Source: Antedon mediterranea
Taxonomy: Eukaryota; Animalia; Echinodermata
Direction of reading: 5' to 3'
DNA: 64,000 nt
NCBI RefSeq assembly: GCF_964355755.1
Contig: NC_092670.1
Location: forward strand, 23,422,795-23,486,794
Shown here in pieces: positions 54,434 to 63,598 of this stretch (its first letter is position 1; each line of letters starts with the position of its first letter). The notes beneath the pieces were generated by a model, which was not told where the DNA came from, did no database searches, and was given only the letters and a program-made list of their open reading frames with translations. The position numbers were made by a program, and so were the translations under genes.

Positions 54434-56154
54434 ATGTCATCAGTGCGTCATACTCTAGTGAAATTTCTTTTCTTGTTGATTTCAGTAGTTTATGTTGCAA
54501 ATGCTCAAAAGCCATGCTGTTTGCCGAACCAATATCAAGCCTCATTGGGTAAGCATACCGTCAGAGGTGTGAGTGAAGAATTTGGGCCTCTATATTGCTG
54601 TTAATACGTCCTACCTTAATAATGGCATTCTGTTAAAATTGATCTGTGATTCATCATATAATAATACCAATTTGCTGGTTAAGTCTAACTATTTTCTTTC
54701 TAAACAGTTATACTCTATGCATATGTTTAAAATAATAGATACATGTGTTTTTATTAGTTTCTTAAAATTCAATTTGATTTACTGGGCCATTAAGCAAAAT
54801 GGAAAACTATCACTTAAGCAAAGGTATGAATTATCTTTTTTCTTGTCTTTCCATAAAACTGACTGTATTTACAGGTCAAACGATAGTGAGTGTGATGAAT
54901 ATGAATACATCGACAGCTGTGGGAACCTTATCGGTGGGAAGGGAAACTTTCGCATATGACTTTACCAGTAAACTAGTTGGATCGTTTAACAGTTTAAACG
55001 TGACTACATCAGTGGGTGTGTTCCCTGTTAAAAGTCACACCATTAGTGACTACAAATTGGTATGTATTATGTTTATCTTCTTTGTCTTGCTTTAAACTAT
55101 AAAATTAAGACCAATATTGAAACATGAGTTAGAAAGGATACTAAACACTCATATTAAGGGGACACTTTCCTGCAGGGACAATTTGTTGGGTCGCTAAGAT
55201 GTCCACTATACTGTATTAAAGTTTGTAAAATACTATTATATACTATGCTTTATTTCGTAGTCTGCAAAATGGACAATTGTTAACAACAAATGCACAGTGG
55301 AAAAACTGACACAAAACATGTCATCTCCTTGCATTTCAGGTGCGTAGAATACTTTATTACACCTATAACAATTGCTAAAAGCATATTATCTATACAGTAA
55401 CTTAAGCAATGCATTTATATTCTTGCTCTTGTTAGATGATGCGACCTATCTCGGCAGCCTTGTGATTGGAGGAGTGTTAAATGGCCACCAATGGATAGTG
55501 AAGTCTGGAGCTATAAACTCTAGCTACACCGTTACTGACAAGTGTATTCCAATAGATATAACAACATACACATACAGTAAAGAAGGTATGTGGGGCATAT
55601 AGTTGTCTTGACTGCATTTCAACTTAATATTGTTCAAAAGATCAATATTTTGGCACACATGACATTTAATATGTGTAATACGTGAGCTCTTACTCAACAA
55701 AAATTTAAACGTCAACTGGTGGACTAACATTTAAAGATAATAACTACAGACTTGGGGCAAGTCATGCATACAGTTGTAATAGAGCAATTTAACAACAGGA
55801 TACTGAGCTCCAGAGATCAAAGGGTTTATCTGTGGCTGTGACATGGTCAATTCCACGACTTACATTACAAGTTCCTATCTTGGCAAGGCGAGCTCAGTGT
55901 CTTTGATTAATTAAACCAATCCTTGTTGGATAGTTTAGGCTATTGTATTCCATGGTTTCGAGATAACGTAAATAAGGGTATTAAAACAATTCTAAACAGT
56001 GAAACAATTTCAATTTCTGAATCCTAAATTTTCAGGTTTGACACTCACAACAAACACCTTTGCTGACTTTGTACCAAATATTGATGATCCAGGCACTTTC
56101 TTCACTGTGCCAAAAGACTGTCCTAAGCCACCTGAGGACTGGATTATTATCTAA
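54434..56154 (+). CDS. Ependymin-related protein (EPDR family), secreted or lysosomal, 215 aa
   Basis: Exons: 54434-54548 (signal peptide MSSVRHTLVKFLFLLISVVYVANA then QKPCCLPNQYQ); 54875-55059 (FAYDFTSK..SDYK); 55261-55339 (NKCT..PCIS); 55436-55585 (DATYLGSLVIGG..W..TVTDKCIPI); 56036-56154 (FADFVPNIDDPGTFFTVPKDCP..*). The Cys spacing and the CxP, YD, C-IP and FxxPxxC motifs are typical of ependymin-related proteins; several N-X-S/T sequons are present. Confidence 0.85.
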
Positions 56155-56555
56155 TGGTCTGTAATAATCACAGAAAACGTAGTATTATGGTAAGGTCTAT
56201 CATTTCAGATTATCCAATTATCACCAAAAAAAAAAACTTTACAGGTCTGTCTACATTTAGCCAATAATTGCAAACATAGAAGCCTTCAACAAAAGCATGT
56301 CAGCATTGGAAATCTGGATCTGCATGCACATATTTACAATTTTCATTTTCTTTCAATTTTTAGGTGAAATGATGGATTCTATTCTGTCAATGAATCTCTA
56401 CTATGAGGACACACACAAAGATTGAGTTATCTGATGCCAGGAAAGACATTTATATATTGATACCATGATTATATTTAATTTATTAACAAGTTAATAATAC
56501 AGAACAGATCAAATATTATATGAACAATTGTATAAAATTATTTTGCTTAAATTAA

Positions 56556-57182
56556 AGCCCCATTCCCTACGTTTTTTTAGATCTAATTTAAAATCACAAA
56601 CTATATTTAATGTAAAAATAATACTATATGGTCCTATTGCGATAACTTTTTTCGTCTTTAAACGGTTAAAAATGTGAAAAATAAATCGATTCTAATAATT
56701 ATAGCGGCCCGCTATAAATCCCAAAATGCATTGCGCGCGGATTGATATTTTTGTTTTTCACATGTAATTCGCCCACTTTTCGATCGATCGTGAAGCCAAA
56801 ACAAATGGAAGACTCCTAACTTTTCAGCGAAAATACCGGGTTTTACCCAATTTGTATCAACGGAGTCTGGCAAAAATAGAAAGACAATTAATGCAGCAAC
56901 TATACAACGTCAGGCTAGGTATATAGCTAGCGTACGATGTTCGTACGTTATCGATGTTTACCAGCTAGGCCTACAAAACTAAGCCTAGCTAGGCTAGGCC
57001 TAAGACCGTCCACGAGAGGTCGATCGCCGCGAGCTACTTAGGTAGTGCATTGTTTCTCACTTTTTATCATAATTTACCATAAAACGTACATTTAAGACAA
57101 GGAATGACATGGTTTAATGTTTTTAAAGTGATATATATGTATTATTTTCCAAAAAACGTCCAAAATTGCAGGGAAGGGGTCT
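56556..57182 (-). mobile_element. Kolobok-like non-autonomous element, inverted copy of 25983-26609
   Basis: TTAA|AGCCCCATTCCCT ... AGGGAAGGGGTCT|TTAA; roughly ten differences from the first copy by eye. Confidence 0.88.
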
Positions 57183-57706
57183 TTAAATTAATATGTACCA
57201 CATTGGGGTACTTTTGGGAACACATAGTGTACCGCAAACCTAACTTTACCGGTGTTTATCCACCATGCAAACCTTAAAACAAAACATTAACTACATTTAA
57301 GTAAAAGTGAAATCACCAGCAGCAAATAATTATATTTGAAATTTTGTTCATTAATGTAATAGAAAAGAATATTATTTTATTGATTTAGTTTAATTCAGAA
57401 ATGCAATTCATGAAAAACAAATAAAGGTCACAATACTAACTGTTATAAAATCATTGTTTTGGAAAATATTCTTTAAAATAACTTCAACATTAATTATTAA
57501 AATCATTGTTCATTAGTCAATATTAATTAAAATCAATGTTTTTGTCATCAATTAAAACCACCTGCTTTGGTCATTATTCAATAAAATCACCACATCATTC
57601 ATTCAACTGTACATTGTAAAATGTGCATACTATTCTATTAAATTAACAACAAATTCTTTACACATTGTATAACTCAATTGGTGCCTGTCCATTGGACAGG
57701 TACCAG

Positions 57707-57932
57707 CTAGTGTAATTTCACTGTTGAACCTTCTTTAATACCATATTCACCAAGTGTTTGTGAATTTTCTAATACTCTACCATTGTAAGTAAGTCGTTGG
57801 AGATACACAGGTATTCCTTGCCTGCTGAATATCTTTGTCTTCAACTCTCTGACAGTGGATGAAGAAGACAAGTTCGTGTATGTTGCTTGTGTTCGTGAGT
57901 CGATGGAGTACACCTTAATTTTAAAATCACTG
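57707..57932 (-). CDS. Ubiquitin-like domain exon lacking the C-terminal LRGG
   Basis: TVRELKTKI..GIP..QRLTYNGRVLE..TLGEYGIKEGSTV aligns to ubiquitin TIENVKAKI..GIP..QRLIFAGKQLE..TLSDYNIQKESTL. No initiator ATG; preceded by a polypyrimidine tract and a CAGCAG acceptor (57935-57930). Confidence 0.85.
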
Positions 57933-59893
57933 CTGGAATGAAATTACAAAAATAGAATAGAAATATCGTTGGGTGTGTAGGGGATTGGTAGTACAGTAAG
58001 GTGTACTGGTAGTCTGGTGACGTTTGTAAGGAATAACTTTGGAGTGGGTCGAGAGATGGTCCTTGAGGTACACCAAGTGCAGATGTCTTTTAGAATAAAA
58101 CATTACATTTCTGTTTTTAATATAGTGTAAATATATAGCAGTACTATATTAAAATATAGTACTGCTATATATTTTTATTTAAATTAATGACAAATAGTTT
58201 ACAATTACTTGCCACCTCTCATGGAATAATTGTCCACGTACCTTGTACTGAGATAGGAAAATGCTGCAGTCAAACCAACTGCTGCACCCACAGCAGCAAT
58301 TCCAAGCCATCCTAGTCCACCTCTAGCTTGTTCATCCTCCCTTGCTATACAATGAAAAAATTGGTACAAATGAATTCAGTTCAGCTCTTCATTTTATAGT
58401 TAAGCTTTCGACTAATCATGGGCTTGTGGTCGTTACTGGAAACTGACAATATATATTCAAGTATCATATCCTACAAAAAAACTCATAAAAACCTCAGTAC
58501 AGTGTCTACCATAACCAGAAGATCCCATACTCTTTTTGAATAATGCACAAATTACAAAAAGCAAGCTTTACTTACCATTTGCTACAGGTGCGGCAAAGAC
58601 TAATTCATCATCATCCTTGCCATCATCGTCTGGTATACTAAATAAAATTTAGAAATGTAGATTTAACAATATAATTCTTATGCTGGTTAACAGTTTAATT
58701 CCCTTCCCTTTTTGCTAAAAATTAGTATATGCAATTTGCATATACCTAGTGCTAAACAATATACTCGAGTTAAATAGACTAACACTCTTAATAAAGTTTA
58801 TTAATATAAATATTATTGAATTTATGGTTTTAATAGCATATTACCTATTTAAGACTTTAATAAGGGATTCTTCGTTTTTGCTTATGCGTTGCAACCAGTT
58901 TTTAAAATTACCCAATGTGATTGGATTGATTGAATCAAACAAATTAATGCGTCTATCAAAGAAGCAATGCAGTGTGCATTTATCTAAAGAGTGTATTAAA
59001 ATTTCTACAAGTTTTTTGAACCAACTATCAAGATCATCTTTATGCCATGATTTTTCACTTCTTTCATTTAGGTGAAGCAGGCATGTTTTGAGATGGTATG
59101 ATTTCAACTTTCCAAATTGTGAACGATGCTGCTGGTCTGAATCTGCCATTGCCTTCAAAATCTTAAGACATGCACGATGAACTTCATCCATATTATCAAC
59201 AGCTTTCTTTTCTTGTTCAGAGTAACTCTTTCGCCAGACATGGTTGAATTTATTATCAGCAGGGTCCTTTGGGGAATGGTAAGGGTCAGCTTGGTTATGA
59301 CGTTTAGCAACATAATAATTTCCTTCATAACCAACAGCAGGAACCAAATCAATATCAATAGTGACATCTGTACATTTTACATTAAGTAGCTTTGCTGCAC
59401 CATGATCTCGCATCCTGATTTCATATCGTGGCAATTCTTTTTCCATAAATTTAACTGCTTCATTTACCACTGCCTGCATCGTATGCTGCATTTTTACTGG
59501 ACTCAGTACTTGTATACCATCAGTATCAACCTTCTTCCACACGTGACCGCTGTAATATATGTAATAGTAGCCTGGTGCCTCCTTCATCTCTTTAAGAAAA
59601 GTGTGACCATCCAGCTTTATAGGCAAAAGTAGATCAAACTCAATAGGCTTAGTTACCCTCAGACCTTCAAAGCTACTGCCCTGGCAAATCAATTCACCAA
59701 ATGTGTACTTCGTGCTTGTACTTGTGTACATTTCAAACTTTTCTATGATCTTTTCCAATACACGCCTAGCTGCCTCTTGTTCAGATTCATCGATAACAGC
59801 ATGTTTGTAGTAGAATGATCTAAGCTTCGAGAGCAATGGGTTTCCACATTGGACTGGTCCAATAGAATCTTCTCTGTAATAATAATATGACAT
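57707..59893 (-). CDS. Spliced cGLR - acidic linker - transmembrane helix - ubiquitin-like domain fusion protein (~479-490 aa)
   Basis: Exons: 59893-58845 (phase 2); 58637-58576 (S-IPDDDGKDDDELVFAAPVAN, phase 1); 58344-58242 or 58344-58209 (AREDEQARGGLGWLGIAAVGAAVGLTAAFSYLST[RYVDNYSMRGG], phase 2); 57932-57707 (SDFKIKVYSIDSRTQ..STVRELKTKIFSRQGIPVYLQRLTYNGRVLENSQTLGEYGIKEGSTVKLH*). Three consecutive canonical introns keep the frame. No transcript evidence. Confidence 0.78.
58841..59893 (-). CDS. cGAS-like receptor (cGLR / Mab-21 family nucleotidyltransferase) catalytic exon, 350-aa ORF
   Basis: NTase signature QGSSFEGLRVTKPIEFDLL (GS plus E-F-D) and third acidic residue in IDIDLVPAV. Mab-21 C-terminal motifs WRKSYSEQEK, CLKILK, LKSYHLKTCLLH and LHCFFDRRINLF. 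The ORF stop (TAA) overlaps a splice donor AG|GTAATA at 58845/58844. A probable 5'UTR intron acceptor (ttttag, 59906-59911) lies 12 nt before the ATG. Confidence 0.93.
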   Translation of the reverse strand: MSYYYYREDSIGPVQCGNPLLSKLRSFYYKHAVIDESEQEAARRVLEKIIEKFEMYTSTSTKYTFGELICQGSSFEGLRVTKPIEFDLLLPIKLDGHTFLKEMKEAPGYYYIYYSGHVWKKVDTDGIQVLSPVKMQHTMQAVVNEAVKFMEKELPRYEIRMRDHGAAKLLNVKCTDVTIDIDLVPAVGYEGNYYVAKRHNQADPYHSPKDPADNKFNHVWRKSYSEQEKKAVDNMDEVHRACLKILKAMADSDQQHRSQFGKLKSYHLKTCLLHLNERSEKSWHKDDLDSWFKKLVEILIHSLDKCTLHCFFDRRINLFDSINPITLGNFKNWLQRISKNEESLIKVLNR

Positions 59894-60298
59894 CTTTTGT
59901 TTTTTCTAAAATGATAATTAATAAAAAAAATCAATTAGGATTATATTATTCTAATAAAATAATACTACTTTTAATTGTTGGGAATCTTAAATAAAGAAAT
60001 CAGGTGTGTGTAATTTATTATTTTTTATACTGGGCTGTAGTGGAAATATTTTGTGCCAATAATAGCAAATAGGAAAATACTGTTGATTGCAAAAACCGTC
60101 ATCAGCCCTTCTCCCTGAGGCCAAGCCAAACTTGTATAACTTAAATTCAACTATTGTATATTGACTAAAGTACTTGCCAAACCAATCAACTTTACGACAC
60201 ACAATTCTTTTTAACAAGTTCTTTATCTTAATAATTAAAACTAAATAGCTTCTTTAATTTTCTCTCTCGGCTCTTTTTGTTGTATGGATAGCGCGTTC

Positions 60299-60308
60299 GG
60301 GAATTTCC
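60299..60308. promoter_or_regulatory. NF-kB consensus site upstream of the cGLR gene
   Basis: GGGAATTTCC is a perfect GGGRNWYYCC match, ~400 bp upstream of the cGLR ATG in a locally GC/CpG-richer patch. Confidence 0.5.
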
Positions 60309-60596
60309 AAAACAGGTCCTGTCTGGAGCCAGATATGTTCGGACCCCCAAAATGAAGACAGGAGCATGTTCATGTACATTGATTATTAACAACTTAGGGA
60401 GTTTGAAAGGAAGATGTGATTGGATATTGAGGGAGAGCGTCATTTCGACGATCGATCATTCTCTACTCTCTATTTAGAGAATGACGGATTAATGAATAAA
60501 TAATATGATCAAAACTATGGAGCACCAATCATTGTTTTGTCTAGCAACCTAAAGAAATTGCCTGTCGTACATGTTTACAACACTAAATGTTTAAAA

Positions 60597-60658
60597 TTTC
60601 ATTTCTTTCGCTCTGACACTACAGATTTCAAAATAAGTTTTTTTCTGTGGAAAGTCCT
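60597..60658. promoter_or_regulatory. IRF/ISRE-like motif and a second kB-like site upstream of the cGLR gene
   Basis: TTTCATTTCTTTCG at 60597-60610 (GAAA repeats on the minus strand) and GGAAAGTCCT at 60649-60658 (reverse complement AGGACTTTCC, 9/10 match to the Ig-kB site). Confidence 0.3.
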
Positions 60659-60816
60659 GCGTTGCAGTAAAAAGCCGATGGGATGGTAATTGTCTTTATC
60701 ATTCAATATCCCGTATTTTTTGTGTAATTATATTTTTCTAATTAATAAAAGATTTTTTATTTTGTGTATGTACAGTACTTGTATCTGAATATTTGTTACT
60801 TGCAGCCAAATATACC

Positions 60817-63598
60817 ATCATTTTGGGTATATGGAACACAATGCATTATATATGATAATTATTATATAATGAGCAATGAGGCCGTTTTTTTTTTCTTTTT
60901 TTTTTTTTTTTTATTCATACTCATCCAACAGCGAGTAACTCGCCAATTACAGGATGGATAAACTATTTAATAATTTATCGTGCTTATAAACTAAGTCTCA
61001 TTTGAGGCTTAGGGAGTGGAGTTGAAAGAGTCATGAGTTACAACCCTGCACTAGGTCAGGATTGAACCCGGGACCTTGGGATTGGAAGGCAAGCACGTTA
61101 ACCACCAAGCTACAGCTCCACTTCCTATATTAAAGCATTGTGTTCATGTGGTATCATTTTGGGTATATGGAACACAATGCATTATATATGATGAATAAAC
61201 CACTGTAATATGAGGCCGTTTTCCTATGTTAAAGCATTGTGTTCCTGCTGGGGTTATCATTTTGGGTATATGGAACACAATGCATTATAATGATAAATAA
61301 ACCATTGTAATAAGCAATGAGGCCGTTTTCCTATGTTAAAGCATTGTGTTCCTGGGGTATCATTTTGGGTATATGAAACACAATGCATTATATATGATGA
61401 ATAAACCACTATAAGCAATGAGGCCGTTTTCCTATGTTAAAGCATTGTGTTCCTGTGGTATCATTTTGGGTATATGGAACACAATGCATTATATATGATA
61501 AATAAACCACTGTAATAAGCAATGAGGCCGTTTTCTATGTTAAAGCATTGTGTTCATGTGGTATCATTTTGGGTATATGGAACACAATGCATTATATATA
61601 ATGAATAAACCACTGTAATAAGCAATGAGGCCGTTTTCCTATGTTAAAGTATTGTGTTCCTGGGGTATCATTTTGGGTATATGAAACACAATGTATTATA
61701 TATGATGAATAAACCACTGTAATAAGCAATGAGGCCGTTTTCTATGTTAAAGCATTGTGTTCATGTGGTATCATTTTGGGTATATGGAACACAATGCATT
61801 ATATATAATGAATAAACCACTGTAATAAGCAATGAGGCCGTTTTCCTATGTTAAAGCATTGTGTTCCTGGGGTATCATTTTGGGTATATGGAACACAATG
61901 CATTATAGATAATGAATTAACCACTGTAATGAGGCCGTTTTCCTATGTTAAAGCATTGTGTTCCTGGGGTATCATTTTGGGTATATGGAACACAATGCAT
62001 TATAGATAATGAATTAACCACTGTAATAAGCAATGAGGCCGTTTTTCTATGTTAAAGCATTGTGTTCATGTGGTATCATTTTGAGTATGTAACACAATGC
62101 ATTTATACAGTAATGAATAAACCACTTCAATAAGCAATGAGGCCGTTTTCCTATGTTAAAGCATTGTGTTCCTGTGGTATCATTTTGGGTATATGGAACA
62201 CAATGCATTATAGGCTAATGAATAAACCACTGTAATGAGGCCGTTTTCCTATGTTAAAGCATTGTGTTCCTGGGGTATCATTTTGGGTATATGGAACACA
62301 ATGCATTATATATAATGAATAAACCACTGTAATATGAGGCCGTTTTCCTATGTTAAAGCATTGTGTTCCTGGGGTATCATTTTGGGTATATGGAACACAA
62401 TGCATTATATTTGATGAATAAACCACTGTAATAAGCAATGAGGCCGTTTTCTATGTTAAAGCATTGTGTTCATGTGGTATCATTTTGGGTATATGGAACA
62501 CAATGCATTATATATAATGAATAAACCACTGTAATAAGCAATGAGGCCGTTTTCCTATGTTAAAGCATTGTGTTCATGTGGTATCATTTTGAGTATGTAA
62601 CACAATGCATTTATACAGTAATGAATAAACCACTTCAATAAGCAAAGAGGCCGTTTTCCTATGTTAAAGCATTGTGTTCCTGTGGTATCATTTTGGGTAT
62701 ATGGAACACAATGCATTATAGGCTAATGAAAAAACCACTGTAATATGAGGCCGTTTTCCTATGTTAAAGCATTGTGTTCCTGGGGTATCATTTTGGGTAT
62801 ATGGAACACAATGCATTATATAATGAATAAACCACTGTAATATGAGGCCGTTTTCCTATGTTAAAGCATTGTGTTCCTGGGGTATCATTTTGGGTATATG
62901 GAACACAATGCATTATATTTGATGAATAAACCACTGTAATAAGCAATGAGGCCGTTTTCCTATATTATAGAATTGTGTTCCTTGGGTATCATTTTGGTTA
63001 ATGGAACACAATGCATTATATATAATGAATAAACCACTGTAATATGAGGCCGTTTTCCTATGTTAAAGCATTGTGTTCCTGGGGTATCATTTTGGGTATA
63101 TGGAACACAATGCATTATAGATAATGAATTAACCACAGTAATAAGCAATGAGGCCGTTTTCCTATGTTAAAGCATTGTGTTCCTGGGGTATCATTTTGGG
63201 TATATGGAACACAATGCATTATATTTGATGAATAAACCACTGTAATAAGCAATGAGGCCGTTTTCCTATATTATAGAATTGTGGTCCTGTGGTATCATTT
63301 TGGGTATATGGAACACAATGCATTATATATAATGAATAAACCACTGTAATATGAGGCCGTTTTTCTATATTAAAGCATTGTGTTCCTGGGGTATCATTTT
63401 GGGTATATGAAACACAATGCATTATATATAATGTTTAAACCACTATATAACAATAAAGAGCAATGAGGCCGTTTTGCTATGTTATAGCATTGTGTTCCTG
63501 GGGTATCATTTTGGTTATATGGAACACAATGCATTATATATAATAAATAAACCACTGTAATATGAGGCCGTTTTCCTATGTTAAAGCATTTTGTTCCA
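60817..63598. repeat. Satellite array, ~97-104-bp monomer, ~24-25 copies, each with an internal inverted repeat
   Basis: Monomer gaggccgttttcctatgttaaaGCATTGTGTTCCtggggtatcattttgggtatatGGAACACAATGCattatatataatgaataaaccactgtaataagcaat; interrupted once by the SINE. Confidence 0.95.
60885..61120 (-). mobile_element. tRNA-derived SINE with poly(A) tail
   Basis: The minus strand reads GGAGCTGTAGCTTGGTGGTTAA (A box) ..CTTGCCTTCCAATCCCAAG (TCC, Gly-like anticodon arm) ..GGTTCAATCC (B box), then the body and an A-tail (T-tract 60885-60912). Confidence 0.85.

Noticed and set aside
57707-57913. Stand-alone ubiquitin gene or pseudogene
   Set aside because: No ATG, no diglycine, too divergent from ubiquitin, and preceded by an in-phase splice acceptor linking it to the upstream exons.
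61040-61120. tRNA-Gly-like sequence
   Set aside because: The acceptor and anticodon stems pair poorly, it is followed by a SINE body and poly(A), and a second diverged copy lies at 24279-24483; it is a SINE head, not a tRNA gene.
60817-63598. Regular array with palindromic units resembling a CRISPR array
   Set aside because: The sequence between the palindromes is also repeated (no unique spacers), there are no cas genes, and the context is eukaryotic; it is a satellite.
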